Assembly (NCBI GenBank): GCA_013265495.1
Contig: MU058836.1
Span: forward strand, 434,001 to 498,000
Length of the DNA: 64,000 bases
Source: Vicugna vicugna
Lineage: Eukaryota
Reading direction: 5' to 3'
The notes below the pieces were generated by a model. The model saw only the letters and a program-made list of their open reading frames with translations, ran no database searches and was not told the origin of the DNA. Positions 1 through 10,690 of the stretch are shown here, piece by piece (within the stretch, counting starts at the first letter, position 1; each line of letters begins with the position of its first letter). The position numbers were made by a program, and so were the translations under genes.

Positions 1-3000
1 AGGACCAGGATTGATGAGATCGCAAGCAACCTGCAGAGCAAAATTAACCAAACCAAACAGCAGGAAGATGCGGTGATCAATGTGGAGGATGATGAGGAGG
101 AAGAGGAAGACCACGAGGTGGAGATCGAGGTGGAGCTGGACAGGGAGGAAGAGACAACAGAGACCATCATGGAGGGGCCCACCCCCTTCTCTGCCCAACA
201 GATCTGGGCGAGAGATGCCCCTGAGCCCCAGAAGGAGCCCAGCTTCAGAACTGTCACCCATGATTACAACGCCACCAATGGGGCCGAGATAGAGCTCACC
301 CTTTCCGAAGATGAAGAGGATTATTACGGCTCGTCCACGAATGTGAAAGATCACCAGGTTTCCAGTACGGCTCTGCTCAGCACTCCGACTCCTATCTACG
401 GAACTGAGCATAATAATGAAAACACGGACTTTAGCGACTCGGGAAGGCTTTATTATTGCAAACACTGTGACTTTAACAACAAATCTGCCCGGAGCGTCAG
501 TACCCACTACCAGCGCATGCATCCGTACATTAAGTTCAGCTTTCGGTACATCTTGGACCCCAACGATCACAGCGCAGTGTACCGATGCCTGGAATGCTAC
601 ATCGATTACACCAACTTTGAAGACCTGCAGCAGCATTACGGTGAGCACCACCCAGAAGCCATGAATGTCCTCAACTTTGACCACTCGGACCTGATCTACC
701 GGTGTCGCTTTTGTTCCTACACGAGCCCGAACGTCCGAAGCCTGATGCCGCATTACCAAAGAATGCATCCCACCGTGAAGATTAACAACGCGATGATCTT
801 TTCGAGCTACGTGGTGGAGCAGCAGGAGGGGCTGAACACGGAATCCCAGACGCTGAGGGAGATTCTGAACTCGGCTCCCAAGAGCATGGCCACGTCCACC
901 CCGGTGGCCCGTGGTGGCGGTCTGCCAGCCCCGTTCAGTAAAAACACTCCTTCGAAGACTTTTCCTCCAGAATGTGAAAATCAGAAGGACCCCTCGGTCA
1001 ACACCGTTGTCGTTTACGACTGTGACGTCTGCTCCTTCGCGAGCCCCAACATGCACTCCGTGTTGGTTCATTATCAGAAGAAACACCCCGAAGAAAAGGC
1101 TTCGTACTTTAGGATCCAGAAAACCATGCGAATGGTGTCTGTGGACAGGGGCTCTGCCCTTTCTCAGTTATCATTTGAGGTGGGTGCTCCAATGTCTCCC
1201 AAAATGTCCACCATGGGTTCCCCACCCCCCCCACCACCCCCGCCACCAGACCTCAGTACTGAGCTTTACTACTGCAAACACTGCTCCTACAGCAATCGGT
1301 CCGTTGTGGGAGTCCTGGTCCACTACCAGAAAAGACACCCAGAAATAAAGGTTACTGCCAAATATATCAGACAGGCTCCTCCCACAGCTGCAATGATGAG
1401 AGGGGCCGAGGGGCCCCAAGGCTCCCCCCGGCCACCTGCCCCCATGCAACAGCTCAACCGCAGCGGCTCCGAGAGAGACGGCCCTCCCATGGAGAATGAG
1501 ATGTTCTTTTGCCAGCACTGTGATTATGGGAACCGGACGGTCAAAGGTGTCCTCATTCACTATCAGAAGAAGCACCGAGACTTCAAGGCCAACGCGGACG
1601 TGATCCGGCAGCACACAGCCACCATCCGAAGCCTCTGTGACCGGAACCAGAAGAAGCCTGCCAGTTGCGTGCTGATGCCTCCCTCGAACGTGGAGCGGGA
1701 CAAAACGAAACTCCGAGCGCTCAAATGTAGGCAGTGCTCGTACACCTCCCCCTACTTCTATGCACTGAGGAAGCACATCAAGAAAGACCACCCTGCCCTA
1801 AAGGCCACGGTCACGTCCATCATGCGGTGGGCGTTCCTCGATGGCTTGATAGACGCTGGCTACCACTGCGAGTGGTGCATCTATTCCCACACGGAGCCCA
1901 GTGGTTTGCTCCTCCATTACCAAAGGAGGCACCCCGAGCATTACGTTGACTACACGTACATGGCTACTAAGCTCTGGGCTGGGCCGGACCCGTCCCCCCC
2001 TTCTCTCACGATGACCGCTGAAGCCAAAACGTACAGGTGCAGAGACTGTGTTTTTGAAGCCGTCTCCATCTGGGACATCACCAATCACTACCAAGCCTTC
2101 CACCCCTGGGCCATGAATGGGGACGAGTCGGTGCTGCTGGATATCATCAAGGAGAAAGATGCTGTCGAGAATCCCCTCTCCGCATCCGAAGAGCTGGTGG
2201 GCCCGGTGAATTGTGAAAACAGTATGCCGGCTCCGCTCCCAGAGCAGGAAGCCGAATGCCCAGAGGACGCAAGACTTTCCCCGGAGAAGAGCATCCAGCT
2301 CGCATCGGCCAACCCCGCCATATCCTCCACCCCGTACCAGTGCACGGTGTGCCAGTCTGAGTATAACAACCTGCACGGCCTTCTGACCCATTACGGGAAG
2401 AAGCACCCGGGCATGAAAGTGAAGGCCGCCGACTTTGCCCAGGACATCGACATCAACCCGGGTGCCGTCTACAAGTGCAGGCACTGCCCCTACATCAACA
2501 CACGCATCCACGGCGTCCTGACCCACTACCAGAAGCGGCACCCGGCCATCAAGGTGACCGCCGAGGACTTCGTGCACGACGTGGAGCAGCCTGCCGACAT
2601 AGCCCAGAACGACGTGGAGGAGACGAGCAGGATCTTCAAGCAAGGGTACGGCGCCTACCGCTGCAAACTGTGCCCCTACACGCACGGCACTCTGGAGAAA
2701 CTCAAGATCCACTATGAGAAGTATCACAACCAGCCTGAATTTGATGTCTTTTCCCAGTCGCCCCCGAAGCTGCCGGTGTCCCTGGAGCCCGAGATAACCA
2801 CTGAAGTCAGCCCCTCCCAGGTCTCCGTGACCGAGGAAGAGGTGGGAGAGGAGTCCACGTCTCACTTCGCTACCTCGCACCTGGTCTCCCACACTGTGTT
2901 CCGCTGTCAGCTCTGCAAGTACTTCTGCTCCACGAGGAAGGGCATCGCCCGGCACTACCGCATCAAGCACAACAACGTGCGCGCCCAGCCGGAGGGCAAG

Positions 3001-3771
3001 AACAACCTCTTCAAGTGTGCCCTGTGTGCCTACACCAACCCCATCCGCAAAGGGCTGGCCGCCCACTACCAGAAGCGCCACGACATCGACGCCTACTACA
3101 CCCACTGCCTGGCGGCCTCCAGGACCATCAGCGACAAGCCCAACAAGGTGATCATCCCGTCGCCGCCCAAGGACGACTCCCCGCAGCTCAGCGAGGAGCT
3201 CCGGCGGGCCGTGGAGAAGAAGAAGTGCTCTCTGTGCTCCTTCCAGTCCTGCAGCAAGAAGGGCATCGTGTCCCATTACATGAAGCGCCACCCAGGGGTG
3301 TTCCCCAAGAAGCAGCACGCCAGCAAGTTGGGGGGCTACTTCACCGCCGTCTACGCGGATGAGCACGAGAAGCCGGTGCTGATGGAAGAGGAGGAGCGAG
3401 GCAGCTTCGAGAAAGCCGAGGTGGAGGGAAGCGAAGGTCAGGACGTCGAGTGGCTCCCGTTCCGCTGCATCAAGTGCTTCAAGCTGTCCTTCAGCACAGC
3501 CGAGCTGCTGTGCATGCATTACACGGACCACCACAGTCGGGACCTCAAGCGGGACTTCGTCATCCTGGGCGGCGGCCCCCGCCCACAGAGCTCCACCTAC
3601 CAGTGCAAGCACTGTGACAGCAAACTGCAAAGCACGGCGGAGCTGACCTCGCACTTGAACGTTCACAATGAGGAATTCCAGAAGCGTGCCAAACGTCAGG
3701 AGAGGCGGAAACAGCTTTTGAGCAAGCAGAAATATGCAGATGGTGCTTTTGCAGATTTCAAACAAGAGAGG
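1..3771 (+). CDS. ZNF462: ZNF462 giant coding exon (exon 3 by human numbering), 5'-truncated by window edge; 17 dispersed C2H2 fingers
   Basis: Frame open from base 1 (RTRIDEIASNLQSKINQTKQQEDAVIN...) to ...ADFKQER, followed by donor AGG|GTAAGG (GT at 3772). Translation is recognisable as ZNF462 (repeated CxxC...HYQ[KR]xHP fingers). Confidence 0.97.
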
Positions 3772-4183
3772 GTAAGGATATGTTTTGATTTCCCTTCCCC
3801 CAGGAGGCCTCTCATCACTGGTGCCCACACGCACTACTCCGCTGCCAGCCAGACCGCTCCGGGCTTCCTAGTGACTTAGCTTGCCAGAGAGCTCAATAAG
3901 TCGATTAAACATTTCGAGCTTGGTTGCCCCCCAGTCTCTGCTCACCCTTCTCCACGGCCCAGTCCCCTTCCCTCCCGCCCCTCCCGAGGCTCCCCAGGGG
4001 AGGGTCGGGTGGTTTTTCTGTATTTCTTTCTGCCAAGTAGCCTTCTCCGAGGCTCAGTTCCATGACAACGCTCGCTCTCTTTTCTGAGGCAGTTGTGGGC
4101 CGTCTCTTGGTATCACTAGGACTTCTCAGCCATGTGTTGGTTTGCAGTGTCCGCTCCACGAACCTAACCTCTCCAGGAGTAGA

Positions 4184-4213
4184 TTTTTTTTTTTTTTACT
4201 TTTACTGTTTTTT

Positions 4214-4258
<45 letters not shown>
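4184..4258. repeat. poly(T) tract, ~75 nt with few interruptions
   Basis: Directly visible. Confidence 0.95.
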
Positions 4259-4259
<1 letters not shown>

Positions 4260-4608
4260 GTCAAGAAGTTCGCTCATGGCATAGCTATGCAACGTTTGAC
4301 CTGCGTTAGTTGAAACGTTGGTTTGAAAACCCAGTAATTTGGTGGCAGTGACGATGAGGCTTCCGCACAGAGATCGTCTCTCCTCACAAGTTGGAACCTA
4401 CGTGGGTTTCAGAGACTACGCGTAGTTGGCAGCGCACCACGGCTCTGACGAATTCGTTATGTTAAAAAAAAAATGCTCGCATATCTCTCCCTTGGTTTTT
4501 AACCTGCTAATCCGCTTTAACGTAAAATCTGCTAGTAAGCGACAAGAATAAATGCCGGCCGTTGAGGGAGGGCTCGGAGTACTGATGGCTACCACTGTAT
4601 TTTACCAG

Positions 4609-4773
4609 CCTTTTGGTCACTTAGAAGAGGTGCCAAAGATCAAGGAGAGGAAGGTGGTGGGCTACAAGTGTAAATTCTGTGTGGAAGTGCACCCGACGCT
4701 CCGGGCCATCTGCAACCACCTCCGCAAGCACGTCCAGTACGGCAGTGTCCCGGCCGTGTCCGCCACCGTCAAG
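4609..4773 (+). CDS. ZNF462: ZNF462 exon 4 (165 nt, PFGHLEEVPK...VSATVK), one C2H2 finger
   Basis: Acceptor tattttaccag|CCT, donor AAG|GTGAGA; phase 0-0; continues QER|PFGH in frame. Confidence 0.95.
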
Positions 4774-6355
4774 GTGAGAACCGGGAAGGTTTGGATGACG
4801 AGCCCTTGTGGGAGCCGTTCGAGCGCCTCATTCGCGCCGCTGCTCAAGGCCCCTCGGGAAAGGGCATTCCCGAGCCGGGGCGTTCCTGAGTTGTGTTGGG
4901 ATCGGTCTGGCTTGTTGTGATTTCGTTGCAGGTTGGAGCCTCCTCATCTTCCGTGTGTCGACTCGGTTGCGTTCGATCTGGTTCCCTTCTCCGTGGATAG
5001 TTTGTTGGAAACAGAAGATCCGGGCCTCTTGGGACTGAAGGCTTTGGGTTACCTTTCTGTGCTGCGTTTAGTGCCATTAGGTGTTTGCTCTTCCAGAGTG
5101 GCCCGAGCTCTGGGGAGGAATCCAGTGGGTTCTGTCCCATCCTCTTCTCCCACTGCCTGACTTCTTGCTCTTCTCTCCTGGCGGATGTGCAGGGAGCCCA
5201 GGAGGATCTGTCTTTTACTTCTTATCCTGGGTCCTCTGCAGAGTGTAAGAAACAGGAAATCTAAAACCGAAAGCCTTCAAGTCCCAGTTGACCCTAAGAG
5301 CCCGTTGACCTGATTTGTCCCCTCCACCCCATCTCCCCATATGTTGCTGACAAGCGCCTGCCTTCTTCCCCTGACCTGTATGAGGCCACCTGTTCTGAAC
5401 ATCATAATCCTAAGATCAGCCACTGTTTCGATGACCAAGCCGCCATCTCTGCCTTCCAGGATATTGCTAAGCACTGATCAGCTTTGAGCAGAGAGGTTAG
5501 TTCAGGGCTCTGCTCTCTCTCTCTCTCTGGATACGTGGATATATTTCTGTCATCCACCCTTCTTGATCTGGCGTCCTGTTTTGCTAATGTGGCATGGAGG
5601 TAAACCGTCTGCTCTTCCCACTGAAGACTGATGCCTCGCGGCTGTTGGCAGAGCCGTGGCACTGGGGCTGCAGCGGTCCGCTCCTTGCATGCCATCGCCG
5701 AGGGTCCCAGCCTCACGTCCCGGAATTGCTCAAGGGAGACAGAGCCGCTCTTCCTGTGTAATCAGTAATCCAAGGAGCCACCTTGAAACAACAAACCAGG
5801 CTGCTCCTTAATTTTTTGAATTGATTATACAGCAACTTTTGGCCAAGGGATGAAGTCATCGTCGGTGGGGTAGGGGTGAGCATGGTGGCAAAAGAATCTT
5901 TGAGTTTCTTTTATTTCCAGAGGAGGTTTCAAGGCTCCTAAATGCCCATACTACTGTGCTTTTTCCTCTTCCTTCCTTCCTCTTTCTTTCTTTCTCTGAG
6001 CCCTAACCCTGACCTGCTTTATGTCAGTCTAGGTAGGATCGCAATTTGAATTTCCTTTTTACGATGGGAGGCCAGTGAGTGAACTGTCTTCAGAGTAGGA
6101 GAGCCCCTCCCTCACATTTCCCAGACAGTCACAACTGGTACCCAGATATGTGGGCCCTGACATCACCAGCCTTGCATGGAGGATGGCAGTCGGGCTTGCC
6201 CTCCCTCTAGGGGGAGCCAGAGAGGCAGGGGAGGAAACCTTAACCAGAAATGCTGATGAGTTTGGGAGAATGAAGGGAGAGGAGGAGAGCTGGGGGCAAT
6301 GATGATGGATATTTATTTTGTTGGTGGGGCATGTGTGTGTGTGTGGTTCTCTTAG

Positions 6356-6538
6356 CAGGAGGCTGAAGACCCTTCCCACTTGTTCCTGGATGGACTGGAA
6401 GCAGCCAAAGATGCCAGTGCCGCCTTGGTGGCCCGGGTGGATGGTGAACACTGCTTGCTTGATGGAATGGTGGAGGATGAAACCCGGCCGGGGGGATACC
6501 ATTGTAGTCAATGTGACAGAGTCCTGATGTCCATGCAG
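6356..6538 (+). CDS. ZNF462: ZNF462 exon 5 alternative 5' extension (60-61 aa) via upstream TAG/CAG tandem acceptor
   Basis: ttctctTAG|CAG|GAG at 6353-6361; stop-free and in frame with the exon 5 core ((Q)EAEDPSHLF...GGYHCSQCDRVLMSMQ); supplies the CxxC of a finger. Confidence 0.82.
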
Positions 6539-6642
6539 GGGCTGCGTTCTCATGAGAGGAGCCATCTGGCCCTGGCCATGTTTACCCGCGAGGACAAGTA
6601 CAGCTGCCAGTATTGCTCCTTTGTTTCTGCTTTTAGGCACAA
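6539..6642 (+). CDS. ZNF462: ZNF462 exon 5 core (104 nt, GLRSHERSH...AFRHN)
   Basis: Internal acceptor tccatgcag|GGG; donor CAA|GTAAGT (phase 2); gives the junction VK|GLRSHERS that I recall from human ZNF462. Confidence 0.93.
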
Positions 6643-6974
6643 GTAAGTGCTCGTTGAGGGGCCGCGGGTGGTAACTGGGTGGTAACTGGGTGGAAGTGCA
6701 AGGTGGGTAAGCCAGAGTGAGAGGGCTTGGAGGAGTCGGGAGGCCCTGTTCATGGTTCATGCCTGCTGCCTAGCTGGATAGGTCACCTCCAGCCTCAGCC
6801 ACTCCATCTATCAAATGGGACCGAGAACAGGAGATAATCTGCTTAACATCAGATTTGGCAAACTGAGTCTTTAAAACAATATATATACATATGTTTTTTT
6901 CAGATTCTTTTCCATTACAGCTCATAGGCAGTTAAAATTTTATTTTTATTATGTTTTAATAAGGAAGCATCCTT

Positions 6975-7251
6975 TTATTTATTTTCTTTTTTTTGAAGGG
7001 GGGGTATTAGGTTTATTTATTTTTTGTTTTTATTTATTTTAATTTAAATTTAATTTTATTTTAAAATTTATTTTATTTAAAAATTTTTAAACGATTTTTA
7101 ATTCATTTATTTTTATATTTATTTATTTTATTTTTTAATGTATTTATTTTATTATATTTTATTTATTTATTTTATTTTAAAGTACTGGGGATTGAACCCA
7201 GGACCTCATGGGTGCCAAGCATAAGCTCTACCACTTGAGCTCTACCCTCTC
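6975..7251 (-). mobile_element. tRNA-Ala-derived SINE (camelid Vic-1-like) with expanded AT-rich linker
   Basis: Reverse-complement tRNA-like head at 7181-7251; tail motif ggggtattaggtttattt near 6998-7020; (TTTA)n-like expansion between them. Confidence 0.85.
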
Positions 7252-8044
7252 TGCCACAGGGATTTTTTTAAATGATGATTTTGGAGATATTGCTATGACT
7301 TATACCAGGAAAGACCAGAGAATAGATGAGTTTACTGATGACTCGGTCAAACATTCATCCAGAACCTAATCATCATTTAAGGAAGTTAAGTTCCATTTGG
7401 GAAATTGAGGGACTGAGGAGGTATAATTAGGACTTTTAACCCATATAACCAAAGAATCATTGCTTGGGACTTTTAAAAAGACCTGGGACAGGTAAAGAAG
7501 TTTATCGACACCAGAGAGATGCTTAGAGTACAGGGGCGTTGAGGAGAGGGACCCTCCTGTTACCTAGCACAGCTCTGAAATTGCAAATTTGGGATTTTTT
7601 TGTGTGAGGCTTTTCAGGGTGATGGGAAGAGGGCTGGTTCTGACAAGAAGCAACCTTTTCTTGCCTTTCTCTTTCAACTGTATGAGAGAGAAATATTCAG
7701 CAACGCGTGCTACAGTATTGGATGAAGGTGACTAATTGTGAGGCTGACATGCTGTTTATTTTTATCGTAATTGAAAATAAATGATGGGCTGTTTGCTTCT
7801 TAAAAAAGATAAAGTGCTAGTTAGTGGTTGTTGAAAGGCAGGAAGAGGCGATGCGTCTACAGATGTCAAATGGGTTGCAAACTCTTTTATGATTATATAT
7901 GATATATAGAGAGAGCCTGATAGCTAATCTTTGTCATCAGATTCATGCCCTGGCCTAAGACTTGGGTTGTTCTCAGCAATTCTGTAAGTATTTGTTGAAC
8001 AGAAACTAGCAGGTTTTCTAACACACAGAACCTCAGTAAATCGT

Positions 8045-8990
8045 TGTGAAGAAGTGAATGTGCCTTGTGCTAGGCACCGTTCTAGAGGCTTTGGGGGAAA
8101 ATAAAGATGCATAGGACATGGTCTGTGATCAAAGGGCACTTAGGGTCTAATTGGGTTCTAAATAAAGCCAGTACATAGATGACTCTGCAAAATAAGGCCC
8201 ATGTCTTTAAAAAATATGTCAAGAAAATGCTGTGAAGTTTCAGAGAAAGGAAATGGTCACATCCACTTTGGGAGAATCAGGGAGGGTTTATGGAATAAGT
8301 TTAAGTCAAGTAGGGAGATAGAACTTGACTAGTTTGGAAAGAACGCACAGTGTGGAGGGGAGGAGTCAGTGGGGGCCTTGAGGAACAGTGGGGGCTTTGG
8401 AGGAGACCCAGCTGGTGGTCTGGTTGGAGGAATCTTTAAGTGCTACGTAAAGGAATAGTGGAAGGTGAAGTCTGAATACTGGACGGGAGGCCATCTTTGA
8501 AGTCTTTGCATGCGGAACCAGTAATTGACATTACTGGTAACAGGAAGACTCAAACCAGTCAAGACATCCTAATCGCTCAAGTTTCTTGCGCCTGACTGTG
8601 TGCCAGGAACTGCACCAAATGCCTTCAAGTGTTATCTTATTTTATTTTCAGAACAGCCCTATGAGCTATGGTCCTATTATTAACTCCATTTTATGGATAA
8701 GGAAAAGGAGGCCTTGTCATGGAGAGGGGTTATGTAACTTGCCCCAGGCCACACGGCTTATGCGTAATAGGCACATGGCACGGAGGTTTCCAGTTTGGTT
8801 GACAGACAGAGTAGTAGTGCCCTTTCTAGAAACAAAAAAAATGAAGGCGAGAATTTGTTTTGGATAAAAAGGAAACAGAAACCAACTGATGTGTTGGTTT
8901 AGGGGTGGGTAAGGCTCAGATAGCTAAAGGACCTCCAGAGGGAGGTGTCCTGAGGCCACTGAAAATGCTGCTTTGGAGCTGGGAGAACAT
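8045..8990 (-). mobile_element. L2 LINE fragments (degraded), interrupted by a MIR
   Basis: L2 3'-end-like tgtgctaggcaccgttctagaggc and purine-rich body; boundaries approximate. Confidence 0.55.
8580..8765 (-). mobile_element. MIR SINE
   Basis: tgtgtgccagg...ccattttatggataaggaaa...gtaacttgccccaggccacac matches reverse MIR core. Confidence 0.8.
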
Positions 8991-9840
8991 TATCTGTTTA
9001 AAGGGTGAGCAATTCATCCTCATGTGAGTCATTCAGAATGGAATCTAGTTCTCTGGGGGCACTAATACAGATTGGAATGTCTGCCCACACCTTGTTTGGT
9101 AGATTTATTTATTTTTTTTAGAGTAGCAATTATTTTGAAATCCTGGGACTTCATTATAATTGAATGATTTCCTTTAAGTTGCTTCTGGAAGACTGATAGA
9201 CAGCCAGCATAGTTGGGTTTATCAGAAGGCATGGCTGGCCTTTGGAGCACGCGACTTTCTTTAAACACACGTACACTGGGCCTCCCTCTTTACAAAGACC
9301 TTGGAAATAGACAGCTCAGTGCAAGTCTTTCAACCACTTTGAAATCTCCCTGCCCCACTCAAGTGTTCATGGTGGAATTTAGATTTAAGAAGACAGACGA
9401 CCCTTTTTAAATACAAAATTTCTCTAATTCCCATTTAAAAAAAAATAAATTGAAGGACTATTTGATAGGCATTCCTCACTGACTTGGTAGAAAACTTGAA
9501 TTTGCCCATCTTTCGCCTTTTCTTTTTGGATGCCCTCCTCCAATTTGCAGTGCTTCAGAGAAAGTAAGGCAAGAGTCTCCCATGGCCTGTTACCATGTGG
9601 TCTCTCGATGCAAAAAAAAACTCTTGATCTCTTTCTTCCTTTCGCTTTCCCTTCTTTTAGAGTAGGTACAAGAACTCTCGCTAGATGTGTATTTTTTTTT
9701 TCGTTAAGTGTCATCATTGGAAAGTAACAAAATGACTTTGAACAGCTTAGAAACGGAATTTCTAGAAATGGGCAGTGAGAAAATGTTGGATGCATTTTTT
9801 AATCTTGTCATTTCCTTTCTTTTTTTCCTCCTACATCAAG

Positions 9841-9959
9841 TTTGGATCGCCACATGCAAACCCACCACGGACACCATAAACCATTTCGATGCAAACTCTG
9901 CTCCTTCAAGTCCTCCTACAACAGCCGGCTGAAGACACATATCCTCAAAGCTCATGCTG
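9841..9959 (+). CDS. ZNF462: ZNF462 exon 6 (119 nt, LDRHMQTHH...ILKAHA)
   Basis: Long pyrimidine tract then the uncommon AAG acceptor (ctacatcaag|T); donor CTG|GTGAGT; encodes FRCKLC...HILKAH. Confidence 0.95.
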
Positions 9960-10514
9960 GTGAGTTGCTGTTTGTGGTGCACAAGTTTCCCGAGTTTGAA
10001 ATCTAATGGTTTTTTTATTGAGTGATGTTTTAAGTCTCTTGCTCCATACACATGAGAATTAAGTTTTTCTGGAGATGGTTGTGTATTCAGTTTTATTTTA
10101 ATCTAATAAAGAAAAATAAAAATGAAAGCATCGCTCAAAGGCAAAATGATACCCAGCCCCACGTCACCCATGTCATAGTTGATTTGCGCAACTAACACAT
10201 ACCTACTGACAGATTTCATGCTTTCATAGGTTTTGTTGTTTAGAGAAATTTCTAAATGACCTAGACTTTCTAATGAAGATGCAAGAATTGTTACATCTAC
10301 TAAAGATAACTTCCAACTAAAATAAAGTTACCATCTTGGGGACGTTCAAAGGGACAAAGAGAACTCAGGGTGTGTGAGATTTCTCATGCAATACCCTTAG
10401 ATACATTTCCATAGCCTCGATGAGGAAAGACTTCGGGTCATGAGTGTCCAGGAGCCAGGCTGGTCTCCATCACTCTGTCGTTCCATCTCATTGTGCTTCT
10501 ATCAGGAGCATCCC

Positions 10515-10690
10515 TTGCTTACCAGGCTCTGCACGAATAGGCACGTTATAGTCATTGTCTCATTTAATCCTTAAGACAGTCCTAAAGGGTGGGTGTTGCT
10601 GTCACCCACAGTGTCCAGTGAAGCTACAGAGACTCAAAACTGTCCTGCTCTAGGCCACAGAGCCCATTCACAAAGCATTTGACTCCACAA
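10515..10690 (-). mobile_element. MIR SINE (degraded)
   Basis: tctcatttaatcctt...gggtgttgctgtcaccc...ggccacag pattern. Confidence 0.6.

Noticed and set aside
1798..3834. 678-aa antisense ORF (and the 206-aa ORF at 1171-1791)
   Set aside because: Codon-aligned mirror of the ZNF462 frame; GC-rich third positions remove TTA/CTA/TCA and so remove antisense stops. No recognisable domain.
73..3879. 1268-aa ORF as a stand-alone intronless gene
   Set aside because: The frame is open from base 1, the predicted start is an internal GTG, and the last 35 codons lie beyond a strong donor.
4552..4608. In-frame ATG extension upstream of exon 4 (MPAVEGG...)
   Set aside because: Short intronic read-through; no promoter or transcript evidence visible in the sequence.
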